Shown here piece after piece: positions 27,907 through 37,812 of a stretch of DNA of 63,950 bases; within the stretch, counting starts at the first letter, position 1, and each line of letters begins with the position of its first letter. The notes under the pieces are model-generated. The model worked only from the letters and a program-made list of their open reading frames with translations. It was not told the DNA's origin and searched no databases. Source of the stretch: a bacterium (GTDB lineage: Bacteria > Patescibacteriota > Gracilibacteria > Peribacterales > Peribacteraceae); NCBI GenBank assembly GCA_027592135.1, contig JAQCIJ010000002.1, positions 1-63,950 of the forward strand. Direction: 5' to 3'. Made by a program: the position numbers and the translations under genes.

Positions 27907-28797
27907 CTACACAAACTCCTTCATCAACTCCGATACATCCGTAATCGCTACTTCATCCACTACAGTAGTTTTTATTCCTTGCCTCGGTACAAGCTTCTCG
28001 TAGAAGTGCGGATGGTCTTCTGTCTGGTATAAAATCCCACAGGAAACTTTCTTGGATGTATCACAGGCGATCTTTTTGGCAGCTTCGAAGTCCGATGCAT
28101 CATGTCCATCTGCATTCGCATCGTAGCAATGCTCCAACAGCCACTCGTGTGTAGCGAACTTGTTATACGTTGGACACGCTTGGAGGATATCAACAAAGGC
28201 AAAGCCTCTGTGCTTAATTGCTGCCTTAAGAACTTTTGTCATCTGCGGGATATCTCCACTCCAAGTCCTCGCGACAAATGTAGGCTGCAGAGAGAAGATG
28301 AAATCCATCGGATTAATCGTATCTTCTGGGATTCCATTTGGTGATGTGTTCATCGGTTGATTTTGCCATGTCAGTGAACTCGCCTGCCCTTGTGTTAATC
28401 CAAAGTTTGCGTTGTTATGCAAAACGAACGTAATCGGATAGTGGCTACGAACGCTGTGCACCAAGTGATTCACACCTTCGGAGAAACTCGCACCATCTCC
28501 TCCAAAGGCAAGTACAGGCATATTCGGATTGGCAAGCTTCGCACCAGACGCAAACGGAAGCACGCGGCCATGTAGTCCATGCACTCTGTACCCAAGCATC
28601 TTGTCTGATGCATTTCCGTGACAACCAATATCAAAACACATCAACACTTCGTGCGGTGCAATTTCAAGTTCTACAAGTGCACGTTTTGCAGCAGCCATGA
28701 TTCCATAATCTCCACAACCGTCGCACCATGTACATTCCGTCTTACAGAAGTAATCATGAACGCTTGGCTTGCCTGTGCTTTCGAGTGAAATAGACAT
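27907..28797 (-). CDS. 2-oxoacid:acceptor oxidoreductase, beta (TPP-binding) subunit
   Basis: WCDGCGDYGI, GGDGASFSEGVNHL, and DILQACPTYNK. Confidence 0.85.
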   Translation of the reverse strand: MSISLESTGKPSVHDYFCKTECTWCDGCGDYGIMAAAKRALVELEIAPHEVLMCFDIGCHGNASDKMLGYRVHGLHGRVLPFASGAKLANPNMPVLAFGGDGASFSEGVNHLVHSVRSHYPITFVLHNNANFGLTQGQASSLTWQNQPMNTSPNGIPEDTINPMDFIFSLQPTFVARTWSGDIPQMTKVLKAAIKHRGFAFVDILQACPTYNKFATHEWLLEHCYDANADGHDASDFEAAKKIACDTSKKVSCGILYQTEDHPHFYEKLVPRQGIKTTVVDEVAITDVSELMKEFV

Positions 28798-28800
28798 AAT

Positions 28801-28828
28801 TAATTGTTAATTGTTCATTGTTAATAGT
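28801..28828. repeat. (TAATTGT)-type heptamer array
   Basis: Reads taattgt taattgt tcattgt taatagt. It spans the alpha-beta spacer and supplies the last codons (LLTMNN) and the stop of the alpha subunit. Confidence 0.85.
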
Positions 28829-30549
28829 TTCCCTTGAAGTTCATCAAAGAAAAACGGACGTCCGTCGTACTTTAAGATCTGATGATCAAATGTAAGACCA
28901 GATTCCATACGAATCAGCTTTGAAAGATGTCCTTGATACGTTGCTTCGATGAAAATAATTTTCTTTGCTTTCGCCGCAAGTGCTTCGAGCTTCTCTATAC
29001 GAAGAGGCCAGAGGTAACTGTAGTGCAAGTATCCGATTCCTTTTTGATCTTTTATTGCATCCAAAATACATCCCTTGTTACTCCCCCAACTGACAATAAG
29101 TGTCTCTGGATTTTGATCTCCAAACAATTCTGGATCCGGAAGAGCAGCCTTCATCACTGCCATCTTCTTCATACGCTTATCCATCTGTTCTATGGCATTT
29201 TGTCCGCCCTCTTCTACATTCCCTTCGCTATCATGTTCATCTCCCTGAGCGCAGTACGTAGCGGCTTTCGCTCCTGGTAACCACCGTGGAGAGATGCCAT
29301 CTTTTGCAGCAGGATTATAACGGTCTGCACTTACGAGCTTGTCGAGCTCAGCCTGCTTCGTAACCAGGTTTCCACGACTGATCTTTGCTTTTTTGAGATC
29401 ATATTGTGGCTGCATATATAAACCCTCTGCGATATGCTTATCCGTAAGAATAGTCACAGGCAACTGATACTCCTCTGCGTAGTTAAACGCATCTGGCATC
29501 AAGTCGAAACAATCTTGGCTATCGCTTACAGCCATCACCAGCCGTGGATATTCTCCATGAGACCCAAAGATCGAAAGCAACATATCACCCTGCCCACTCC
29601 ATGTCGGAAGTCCTGTAGAAGGGCCTTGCCGCATAGCAAGAACCATCACAGATGGATTCTCGATGATTCCATTAAGCGACAGTGTCTCGGACATTAAATC
29701 ATATCCACCACCCGAGGTAGCAGTCGCAGCCCTCGTCCCCATATGCATCGCACCCGATACCATTTGTATAGCGGTGATCTCATCTTCCGCCTGCTTTACC
29801 ACCATGTTCGTCTTATTCTGATTATCTGCAATATATTTAAGAAGTGGAGAAGCTGGTGTCATCGGATATCCACAATACATACGGCACCCCGCATGCACCA
29901 TTCCCATACCCATTGCTTCACTTCCTGTTACCAGTAAGTCATCTGTTCGAGCAGCATCTGGAGATGGTACATCTATCACTATCGCACCTGCACTCTCTTC
30001 TTTAAACTTTTTCCCTTCGTCAATAAACGTGTGATTCAGTGCGATGACCTTTTCTCCTTTGTGTGCAAACTGTTCAGCCGCCATGTCTTTAAGTGTGTCG
30101 TAATTTCTTCCTAGTAGTCCCCACACAACTGCCGTCACACACATGTTTCCAACAATCGGGCGACTGTTGTGTTCTTTTAAGATTTTCTCCATCGGTAGAT
30201 AGAGAATCTGAATTTTTTTGTCATCGAGCATTTTCTGATCCTCCGCAGAAAACTTCCAATCGGGAATCAAATGCAGCAGCACTCCTCCTTCTTTTACTGA
30301 TCCAAGATCGCGCTGAAGTCCGATGTAGTTTAAGCACACCAAGATATCGACATGAGTCTCAGAAGACTCGATATGAGAGTCGCAGATATCTAGCTGATAA
30401 CTACTGTGTCCTCCTTTAATTACCGACATATATTCACGATATCCAAACACATGGTGCCCCGCACGCTTAAGACCCTTCGCCACCATCTCACCTACAGAGT
30501 TAATACCCTGTCCTTGTGCGCCAGTGACTTTAAAGGAAATTCTGCTCAT
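28807..30549 (-). CDS. 2-oxoacid:acceptor oxidoreductase, alpha subunit with an N-terminal gamma-like domain
   Basis: VTGAQGQGINSVGEMVAKGL (gamma-type domain), then GYPMTPASP and the transketolase-like C-terminal region. No delta/ferredoxin subunit lies adjacent. Confidence 0.85.
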   Translation of the reverse strand: MSRISFKVTGAQGQGINSVGEMVAKGLKRAGHHVFGYREYMSVIKGGHSSYQLDICDSHIESSETHVDILVCLNYIGLQRDLGSVKEGGVLLHLIPDWKFSAEDQKMLDDKKIQILYLPMEKILKEHNSRPIVGNMCVTAVVWGLLGRNYDTLKDMAAEQFAHKGEKVIALNHTFIDEGKKFKEESAGAIVIDVPSPDAARTDDLLVTGSEAMGMGMVHAGCRMYCGYPMTPASPLLKYIADNQNKTNMVVKQAEDEITAIQMVSGAMHMGTRAATATSGGGYDLMSETLSLNGIIENPSVMVLAMRQGPSTGLPTWSGQGDMLLSIFGSHGEYPRLVMAVSDSQDCFDLMPDAFNYAEEYQLPVTILTDKHIAEGLYMQPQYDLKKAKISRGNLVTKQAELDKLVSADRYNPAAKDGISPRWLPGAKAATYCAQGDEHDSEGNVEEGGQNAIEQMDKRMKKMAVMKAALPDPELFGDQNPETLIVSWGSNKGCILDAIKDQKGIGYLHYSYLWPLRIEKLEALAAKAKKIIFIEATYQGHLSKLIRMESGLTFDHQILKYDGRPFFFDELQGKLLTMNN

Positions 30550-30573
30550 ACTAATGACTCATAACGAATGACG

Positions 30574-31044
30574 TTATTCGGAAGAAGTAAAACACCCCAT
30601 CAATGTATCACACCAACGAACAACTTTCTCCTCTTGTCCATACGGGTCATTAATAATGATCAGCGGCATCGTACAAGATTTTCCATTGTGACTCAGTAGA
30701 TACTGCATAAATCTCTCTGTTCCGCGGCCCGTGTAGTAGTACCGATCATCTCCTAAAATAATAAGGCCCACAGGCTTCCCAGAAAGATCTGCATCTTTAG
30801 CACGCTTCTCCAAAAACTCCCGCATATGCATATTGAGATACCCCTCAACCGCATCGTAATTCCATGTTGATGACGCCAAGAGCAGGACATCTCCCTTATT
30901 GATATCCTCTGCCTGAGCCTCTTCTGCCCGCTGAACAGAAACCGTAAGATCCTTCTGAGTACTAGAAAGGTGCTCTTTGAGAGTTTCTACCACGTGCTCT
31001 GTGTTTCCACTGGTAGAAGCGTAGATGATATGGAGAGTAGGCAT
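30574..31044 (-). CDS. Flavodoxin
   Basis: Start chosen at MPTLHIIYASTSGNTEHV (FMN phosphate-binding loop). About 156 aa, long-chain type. Confidence 0.75.
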   Translation of the reverse strand: MPTLHIIYASTSGNTEHVVETLKEHLSSTQKDLTVSVQRAEEAQAEDINKGDVLLLASSTWNYDAVEGYLNMHMREFLEKRAKDADLSGKPVGLIILGDDRYYYTGRGTERFMQYLLSHNGKSCTMPLIIINDPYGQEEKVVRWCDTLMGCFTSSE

Positions 31045-31113
31045 AGTCGAGAAGCATTGTACTCTGAATTCCCTCATTGAGAAAACCGCTATTTTCGTGT
31101 AAAATATTAGGAA

Positions 31114-33195
31114 ATGAGCCTATTTGAACCAACATCCATAGCAGTTATTGGTGCCAGCTCGGTGGAGGGGAAGGTGGGGCACGATATCCTCAAGAATTTG
31201 ATCGAAGAAGGATTCATAGGACCCATCTACCCTATCAATCCAAAGCACGACGAGATCCTCGGGAAACCAGCCTTTGCATCGGTAAAAGATGTGCCGGGAG
31301 ATATTGATCTTGCAGTGATTGTCATCCCAGCAAAACGTGTACCAAGTGTATTGCAAGAATGTATAGATGCATCGATCTCAAACGTTGTCATCATCAGTGC
31401 AGGATTTTCTGAAGTCGGTACAGAAGAAGGAAAACAGCTCGAAGAACAGATAAAAGACATGGCACGAACCAACGAACCAACGAACCAACAAATAAATATC
31501 GTCGGCCCTAACTGTTTAGGAATACTAAATCCGAGTCATAACATGAACGCATCGTTTGCTGTACATCTTCCACCAGAAGGTTCTGTCGCACTTATCTCAC
31601 AATCTGGTGCGATGGCTGTTGCCGTTATGGATGCATCAGAAGAACTCGGAATTGGATACTCTCTTGTCGCAAGCATCGGAAACAAAACCGTAATGAATGA
31701 ATCAGATTTTTTACGCATTGCAGGTAATGATGAAAAAACATCAGTGATAGGATTCTATTTAGAAAGTATTACTGACGGAAAAAAGTTTTTACAGACCCTT
31801 ATAGAAGTTGGAGCAACAAAAAAAATCGTGATCTTAAAATCTGGCGTGTCACAGCACGGCTCCGAAGCTGCGGCTTCGCATACCGGAGCACTTGCCGGAA
31901 CCGATGCCTCTATTGATGCACTCTGTGCGCAAAGTGGTGCTGTACGTGCACACGACATGCAAGAGTTTGTGGATCTTCTCGAGATACTCAGTTCACAACC
32001 ACAACTCCCTACTCCACGCATTGCCATTATTACCAATGCAGGAGGTCCGGGAATCTTAGCAACAGACGCTGCGCAAAAAGCAAAGCTCGAAATGCCAGCC
32101 TTAAGTGAAGCAACAGAAAAAATTCTGCAGGCTGCCTTACCTTCATCTGCCAGTACCAAAAATCCTATAGATGTCATTGGTGATGCAGACTTGCTGCGAT
32201 ACGAAGCTGCGCTTAGCGCAGTAGGAGAAGACCCAAACATCGATGGAGTCGCAATACTACTGACACCGCAGGTAATGACACCTGTAGAAGACATAGCCAA
32301 TGCCATTATTAACTGGCAGAAGACACATACCACCATGCCCGTTGTCACCAGTTTTATGGGAAACGAGCACGTGCATGATGCAAAGCTCACGATGCAAAAA
32401 GCAGGTATCCCCTGCATCGAGACACCAGAACGAGCAATCGCCGCACTCGGCGCCTTACGTATCACTCATCATTCATCATTCATCACGCATCACCAACAAA
32501 ATACCACGCGTGCCAAAGAGGCTAATACCCTCCTCGGTGAATACTCCGGCCTTATTCCAGAGGATGCAGTCACTAAACTTTTCGCCCTCTACGACATTCC
32601 ACTTCCTGCCCAAGAGATCGCAACAACAGAAGAAGAGGCAGTAAGTATAGCCAATAAAATCGGCTACCCCGTTATCGCCAAGATTTCCTCTCCGCATATT
32701 CTGCACAAAACAGATATAGGTGCTGTACGCACACACTTACTTACAGAAGATGATGTACGCACGGCGTGGAAAGAGATTATGAAAAACGTAGCCAAACATA
32801 GTCCGAAGGCAGAGATCAGAGGAATATTAATCCAGAAGCATTTGGAAGCTGGAAAAGAATTTATTATCGGCTCTACCAGAGACGCTTCTTTCGGCCATCT
32901 TGTTATGGCAGGACTCGGAGGAATTTATACAGAGCTTCTCAACGACACTGCATTTCGCATTGCACCGATCGACCAAGAAGAATCCTATCGTCTGTTGCAA
33001 GATCTTATCTCTTGGAAGCTCTTGCTCGGTATACGCGGAGATGTACAACTGGATATCGACAGTGTCGCAAAACTCCTCGTCACTATCTCACAACTGGTTA
33101 CAGAGTGTCCGCTTATTAAGGACATCGACTTAAACCCTGTCTTTGTGCATGAAGACCACGTCATCGTTGCCGATGCAAAAGTGGTAATTGGATAG
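31114..33195 (+). CDS. ADP-forming acetyl-CoA synthetase (acetate--CoA ligase, fused alpha/beta)
   Basis: CoA-binding N-terminus (SIAVIGAS...GKVGH), the ligase-CoA domain (SQSGAM...), a phosphohistidine-loop-like segment ASHTGALAG, and a C-terminal ATP-grasp. Confidence 0.85.
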   Translation: MSLFEPTSIAVIGASSVEGKVGHDILKNLIEEGFIGPIYPINPKHDEILGKPAFASVKDVPGDIDLAVIVIPAKRVPSVLQECIDASISNVVIISAGFSEVGTEEGKQLEEQIKDMARTNEPTNQQINIVGPNCLGILNPSHNMNASFAVHLPPEGSVALISQSGAMAVAVMDASEELGIGYSLVASIGNKTVMNESDFLRIAGNDEKTSVIGFYLESITDGKKFLQTLIEVGATKKIVILKSGVSQHGSEAAASHTGALAGTDASIDALCAQSGAVRAHDMQEFVDLLEILSSQPQLPTPRIAIITNAGGPGILATDAAQKAKLEMPALSEATEKILQAALPSSASTKNPIDVIGDADLLRYEAALSAVGEDPNIDGVAILLTPQVMTPVEDIANAIINWQKTHTTMPVVTSFMGNEHVHDAKLTMQKAGIPCIETPERAIAALGALRITHHSSFITHHQQNTTRAKEANTLLGEYSGLIPEDAVTKLFALYDIPLPAQEIATTEEEAVSIANKIGYPVIAKISSPHILHKTDIGAVRTHLLTEDDVRTAWKEIMKNVAKHSPKAEIRGILIQKHLEAGKEFIIGSTRDASFGHLVMAGLGGIYTELLNDTAFRIAPIDQEESYRLLQDLISWKLLLGIRGDVQLDIDSVAKLLVTISQLVTECPLIKDIDLNPVFVHEDHVIVADAKVVIG
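31465..31488. repeat. (CGAACCAA)x3 octamer array, coding
   Basis: Three copies, 24 bp, in frame (TNEPTNQQ). It is related to the 39751-39777 array and to cgaaccaacgaa in the spacer near 45750. Confidence 0.85.
32461..32495. repeat. CATCACG-family heptamer array (x5), coding ITHHSSFITHH
   Basis: Reads atcactc atcattc atcattc atcacgc atcacca inside the acetyl-CoA synthetase ORF. Confidence 0.9.
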
Positions 33196-33198
33196 AAG

Positions 33199-33234
33199 GT
33201 TTGGAAAGTTTGAAATGTTTGATATGTTTGATAA
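33199..33234. repeat. (GTTTGAWAN)x4 nonamer array
   Basis: Reads gtttggaaa gtttgaaat gtttgatat gtttgataa. The last unit forms the small palindrome gtttgataagattcaaac. It fills the spacer before the Nif3-like gene. Confidence 0.85.
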
Positions 33235-33246
33235 GATTCAAACATT

Positions 33247-34209
33247 ATGAAACTCGAAAAAATGTTTAAGCGCGCAGTAGAAATTGGAATGCAAGCCGAC
33301 GTGCGTGAAAAAAAATACTTCGATCGCTATTTTAAAAAGCAAAAAGAGGCTCAGAAAAATGCAAAAGGATGGAAAAAGGATATTTTTGATGACGAACGCA
33401 CATGGAACCCCTACTCCGATTGCCGCATCATAAATGGTAATGGTAAAGAAGAAATAAAAGTCCTGATGGTCGGTATTGATATCGAAACACCAGAAGTCCT
33501 TCTTGCAGACCGCTTAAGAGAAAAGGGGCAAAAAATCGACTGCCTCTTTATTCACCACCCAGAAGGTCGCGCACTTGCCGACCTCGAAAAAGTTATGCCA
33601 CTACAGATTGATATTCTTGCGAAGGCAGGAGTACCTGTTAATCACAGCGAAGCACATCTAAAACCTCGGATGGATAAAATCTGGAGGTCTATTCATGCTG
33701 ATAACCTCTTTCGCACAGAGCGCGCTGCAGAGCTTCTCGATATCCCTGCATTTTGCTGCCACACCATCACCGATAACCTTGTATGGGCTTATATGGAAAA
33801 AAACATCTGTGCTAAACCTTTTGAAGATCTTAGTGAAATCATCGATGCACTGATGAAAATCCCAGAGTTCGAATACTACGCCAAAAAAGGAAATCCACCG
33901 ATTATAGCCAATGGAAGCCCGAGCAACAGCCCTGGAAAGATCGTAGCGACCGAATTTACTGGTGGAACCAATGGCCCAGAAGACCAGCTTATCGCCCAAA
34001 GCAAAGCAGGAGTCGGTACTATCCTTTCTATGCATGTCACCGAAAAAACCCTTGATGCTGCCAAGGAGCATCATGTTAATATGATCCAATGTTCCCATAT
34101 GGCAAGTGATGCCATTGGTATAAACTTGCTTATCGATATCCTCCAGAAAGAGGATAAAGGTATTAAAACCATAGATACCTCTGGCTTTATTCGGGTGAAG
34201 AGGAAGTAG
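33247..34209 (+). CDS. Nif3-like (DUF34) dinuclear-metal-centre family protein (tentative)
   Basis: A FIHHPEG motif and the C-terminal CSHMASDAIG resemble the Nif3 metal ligands. The assignment is by pattern only. Confidence 0.45.
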   Translation: MKLEKMFKRAVEIGMQADVREKKYFDRYFKKQKEAQKNAKGWKKDIFDDERTWNPYSDCRIINGNGKEEIKVLMVGIDIETPEVLLADRLREKGQKIDCLFIHHPEGRALADLEKVMPLQIDILAKAGVPVNHSEAHLKPRMDKIWRSIHADNLFRTERAAELLDIPAFCCHTITDNLVWAYMEKNICAKPFEDLSEIIDALMKIPEFEYYAKKGNPPIIANGSPSNSPGKIVATEFTGGTNGPEDQLIAQSKAGVGTILSMHVTEKTLDAAKEHHVNMIQCSHMASDAIGINLLIDILQKEDKGIKTIDTSGFIRVKRK

Positions 34210-34306
34210 TCCTCCCTCCAGTAACTTTCCTTGGCAATTACAGCTCTTAGGGGCTTGATTTTTCCGTGTTCTATCAGTAGAGTCCGCAAGATTTACCAGA
34301 TCTTCT

Positions 34307-34666
34307 ATGAACCCTACTCAAACAGACCAAGACCCTCAAAATTCTTCAACAGGGACTTCTCCGTTTACCCAGATCCAACTGCTTGAAAAACGCGAAAAGG
34401 AACGCGTCGAAAAAGAACTCGTTGCGATGCAAAAAGAAAAAGAAGAAGTATCGCAAGCTGTAGCCAGAAAAGAGGCTTCTACAACAGAGGAATATAAGAA
34501 GAATGCCAAGAAAGAACTCAAAGAATACAGTGAAAAAGAGCTCACCATTATTTTAAGTACGGCAACAACTGATGCAGAATTAGAAGTTGAACGCATTGAA
34601 TCTGCGGCAAAAAAGAATGAATCTTCTGCAGTACAAGAACTTGTTTCTATTGCAAAAAATCTCTAA
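34307..34666 (+). CDS. Coiled-coil protein, probable V/A-ATPase peripheral-stalk subunit (G/H-like)
   Basis: 119 aa, Lys/Glu-rich and helical. It is the first gene of the operon, immediately before subunit I, as in Thermus and Enterococcus operons. Confidence 0.45.
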   Translation: MNPTQTDQDPQNSSTGTSPFTQIQLLEKREKERVEKELVAMQKEKEEVSQAVARKEASTTEEYKKNAKKELKEYSEKELTIILSTATTDAELEVERIESAAKKNESSAVQELVSIAKNL

Positions 34667-36592
34667 ATGACACTCGTACAGATGCAAAAAGTCGGCATTA
34701 TTGCTCACTCCTCTCTCCGAGAAGACCTCATTGCCATGTTGCATGACGAAGGAGTACTTGATGTACGCGCTGCAGGAGAAAAAGTACAAATCGATCACAT
34801 AAAAGTAGAATATAAAGCTGCGGAAGTCTCATTTGCCGTTACGACACTCAAGGATTTTGCTGATAAGCAAACTCTTGCTGTTTGTGATAAAAAAGTATCA
34901 ATAGAAGACACTGTACATGCTGCTAAGCACACAGATGTGCATGGAATAATAGGTCAACTACATCTACTAGAAAAAGAAGACACCGAAGCAAATCGTGCAA
35001 TGGTGGAGCTTAAAGACTTACGTGCGGAACTTAGTCTTTGGAAAAACCTTCATGCAAATCTTAGTGAGAGTAATACATCAGAACATACCATTCGGATTTA
35101 CGGAACATTACCATTGCTCAAAGAGCACATACTGCATGAGTCTATGATTCAATCTATAAAACGCAGTGTTCTAGAGAAGGTATCGAATACACAAGAAAAA
35201 GAGGAGGCATACGTTGCTATCATTTGGAAAGACGACCTTCGAAAATTCGAAGAGATTGCCACAAGTCTCGGCTGGACACATACGTCTCTACCTAGAGTAG
35301 ATGCAACCCCTAGCCAAAGTTACGAGGAAGCAATTATGGAAGAAAAAAAGCTAAAAGAATTACTTGAACGCAATGTCTTGAAACGAAAAAAGTTATCAGT
35401 AGAACTCCCTAATCTTCTCAAGGTACAATTGTTCTTGCGTTGGTTAGACCAAAAACAAGAAGTACGCGAGTCTATGGCTGCAACAGTTTCTACCATCACA
35501 CTACTAGGATGGATGGCAGCAAACCGTATGAAAGAATTAGAACAGAAACTCGAAAAGCTCAATCCTGCAATCGCTCTTGTAAAAGTAAAGCCAGATGAGA
35601 ACGAAGAGACTCCAGTGCTCCTAAAGAATAAAAAGATTATTGCACCATTCGAAAGTGTAACGGGGCTCTACGGATTGCCTCTCAGCAGAGAGATGGATCC
35701 AACTGCTGCCTTGTCTCCATTCTTTATTCTGTACTTTTCACTCTGTCTTACCGATGCGGGATACGGAGCAATCATTGCATTGCTCTTTGGTGGATACCTT
35801 CTAAAGACTCGAAAGACTATAGAGGAAGCAAAACTTCCATGGCTCCTATTCTTTGGTGGTGTCATGACATTCTTTGTCTCCATTCCTTTTGGAGGATGGT
35901 TTGGATTTACTCCAGAGCAAGTACCAGCAATCCTTACAAAGCAAACAGCACAGGGGCTTCTGTTTAAGGGTCAGATCTGGAACTTAAGCGCTCAGTCTGG
36001 AATCGACTTCCTTCAAAATCTCTCACTAAGCCTTGGAATTACACATTTATTCTTTGGAATGTTCTTGGCAGGTCAACACAAGTGGATCCATGGAAAAAAG
36101 GCAGAAGCACTCTGGGTCGACTTTACTGCTCACCTTCTCCTAGGATCGATTATCGTCTACGCCCTTCGCCCTTCGCCCTTCGCCCTTTATCTCCTCTACG
36201 CATCTATTGCGATAATGATATGGGGTAAAGGATACGGAACTGTATGGTATGCACGTCCTTTGATGGGACTCCTTGGAACAATGAACTTCGTCATTGGAAT
36301 GATTAGCAATGGCTTAAGTTACCTACGTATTTTAGCGCTGGGACTTGTCACTGGTGCGATTGCTGCAGCGATTAACCAGGTAGCAGTCGAGATGGGGAAA
36401 CTCTTCCCTGTTTGGCTCGCGATCCCTGTGATCGTTATTATTTTCCTCGGTGGTCACACCGTTTCTATTGCCCTTAATACTCTCGGAAGCTTTATCCATT
36501 CTGGTCGTCTCCAGTTTATTGAGTTCTTCTCTCAATTCTTTGAGGGAGGCGGAAAGGAGTTTTCTCCATTCCGCCGAACAACTTCGTCTTAA
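34667..36592 (+). CDS. ntpI: V/A-type ATPase subunit I (a)
   Basis: 641 aa, with a soluble N-terminal half and a polytopic C-terminal half containing LSYLRILALGL and GSFIHSGRLQFIEFF. Confidence 0.88.
   Translation: MTLVQMQKVGIIAHSSLREDLIAMLHDEGVLDVRAAGEKVQIDHIKVEYKAAEVSFAVTTLKDFADKQTLAVCDKKVSIEDTVHAAKHTDVHGIIGQLHLLEKEDTEANRAMVELKDLRAELSLWKNLHANLSESNTSEHTIRIYGTLPLLKEHILHESMIQSIKRSVLEKVSNTQEKEEAYVAIIWKDDLRKFEEIATSLGWTHTSLPRVDATPSQSYEEAIMEEKKLKELLERNVLKRKKLSVELPNLLKVQLFLRWLDQKQEVRESMAATVSTITLLGWMAANRMKELEQKLEKLNPAIALVKVKPDENEETPVLLKNKKIIAPFESVTGLYGLPLSREMDPTAALSPFFILYFSLCLTDAGYGAIIALLFGGYLLKTRKTIEEAKLPWLLFFGGVMTFFVSIPFGGWFGFTPEQVPAILTKQTAQGLLFKGQIWNLSAQSGIDFLQNLSLSLGITHLFFGMFLAGQHKWIHGKKAEALWVDFTAHLLLGSIIVYALRPSPFALYLLYASIAIMIWGKGYGTVWYARPLMGLLGTMNFVIGMISNGLSYLRILALGLVTGAIAAAINQVAVEMGKLFPVWLAIPVIVIIFLGGHTVSIALNTLGSFIHSGRLQFIEFFSQFFEGGGKEFSPFRRTTSS
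36161..36188. repeat. (GCCCTTC)x4 heptamer array, coding
   Basis: Reads gcccttc x3 plus gcccttt inside subunit I (ALRPSPFAL). Confidence 0.9.
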
Positions 36593-36619
36593 TTTTCCTA
36601 CTTTCTCCCACGTTTTCCC

Positions 36620-37213
36620 ATGAAAACATCGTACAAACTACTCGCAGCTGCAGGCGCTCTCGCTCCAGTCGCTGTACTCGCTCAGGATCCAGCAGCAGTT
36701 GCCGCAACAAACGCCGGAGCAATTCAATGGGGTCTTGCACTTGCCTTCCTTGGTGCTGCAATGGCTACATTCCTTTCTTGCATTGGTTCTATCCTTGGTG
36801 TTTCTATGACTGGTCAAGCTGGTGCAGGTCTTCTTACCGAAAAGCCAGAGCTTGCCGGTAAAGTAATAACCCTCATGGTGCTACCTGGATCTCAGGGGCT
36901 CTATGGAATGGTTATCTCCCTTCTATTCATCTTTAACTACGGACCAGTAATAGACGGCTCTGTCGCAATTTCTGTTTCTCAGGGAGTTATCCTTCTCGCA
37001 GCTACATTGCCTGTAGCCATCACATGCCTTACTTCTTCTCCATACCAGGCGAAGGTATGTAGCGCTGGTATGCACATGCTTGCAAAAGACGATAAGCTTA
37101 CAGGTCGTGTTATTACTATGGCTGCCCTTGTTGAGACATACGCTCTTCTTGGATTCCTTATTTCATTCTTTATGCTCAATAGCTTCAGAGTTGGAATCAT
37201 CGTCGCTAGCTAA
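36620..37213 (+). CDS. ntpK: V/A-type ATPase proteolipid subunit K (c), 4-TM type with a signal-peptide-like N-terminal extension
   Basis: PGSQGLYG in the first hairpin and a single carboxylate in ALVETYALLGF in the last helix. The N-terminus MKTSYKLLAAAGALAPVAVLAQDP looks like a signal peptide. Confidence 0.85.
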   Translation: MKTSYKLLAAAGALAPVAVLAQDPAAVAATNAGAIQWGLALAFLGAAMATFLSCIGSILGVSMTGQAGAGLLTEKPELAGKVITLMVLPGSQGLYGMVISLLFIFNYGPVIDGSVAISVSQGVILLAATLPVAITCLTSSPYQAKVCSAGMHMLAKDDKLTGRVITMAALVETYALLGFLISFFMLNSFRVGIIVAS

Positions 37214-37253
37214 TCCTATTTCCCAAGTTCCCAAGCTCCCTATTTCCCAAGTT
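37214..37253. repeat. (CCCAAGTT)-type octamer array, 5 units
   Basis: Reads tcctattt cccaagtt cccaagct ccctattt cccaagtt. It fills the K-E spacer up to the start codon. Confidence 0.85.
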
Positions 37254-37257
37254 TTCC

Positions 37258-37812
37258 ATGGCTATACAAGATATTCTCGCTGCCATCACCGCCGAAGCTG
37301 ATAAGCACATTACAGACACACGTGCACTTCACCTTCGTTCACTTACACAAGTACGTGAAGAAAGTGAACGTAACCTTGCAAAGAAGAAGCAAGAAATTGC
37401 TATCGCCAAGCAGCAAAAGATGGACCAGCTCTCTGCCAAAGCACACACGCACGCACATGCGCAACAACGCAATGCAGTGTTGTCTAAGAAGAAAGAAATT
37501 CTAGACAGCGTATTTGCAAATGCAGCAGCAGAACTTGCAAAGCTCAGTGATAAGGAAATAGAACCTCTCTTACGGAAATGTCTAAAGAGCATAAAGGCAA
37601 AAGGTGTAATCCACCCTAGTGCAAAGCATGCAGACTTACTCAAGAAAATCTGTCCATCAGAGCAGTTTCGTATTGATAAACCTACAAATGCAAAAGGAGG
37701 ATTCTTGTTTATTTCCGAAAGCCAAGAACAAGACTTCACCTTCGAGCACCTTATAGAAAAAACTGTTCGTCCAGAGCAAGAATTAGAAATTTCCAAAATG
37801 TTATTTACATGA
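37258..37812 (+). CDS. ntpE: V/A-type ATPase subunit E
   Basis: N-terminal long helix plus C-terminal globular part (KGGFLFISESQEQDFTFEHLI). Operon position also fits. Confidence 0.8.
   Translation: MAIQDILAAITAEADKHITDTRALHLRSLTQVREESERNLAKKKQEIAIAKQQKMDQLSAKAHTHAHAQQRNAVLSKKKEILDSVFANAAAELAKLSDKEIEPLLRKCLKSIKAKGVIHPSAKHADLLKKICPSEQFRIDKPTNAKGGFLFISESQEQDFTFEHLIEKTVRPEQELEISKMLFT

Noticed and set aside
31755-32465. 236-aa antisense ORF inside the acetyl-CoA synthetase gene. Similar long shadows lie at 37329-37841, 26252-26785, 16529-16969, 17197-17646, 20179-20706, 33658-34098 and 2939-3388.
   Set aside because: Each lies entirely opposite a gene with strong family motifs. Each has a Ser/Cys/Arg-rich, shadow-like composition and no motif of its own.
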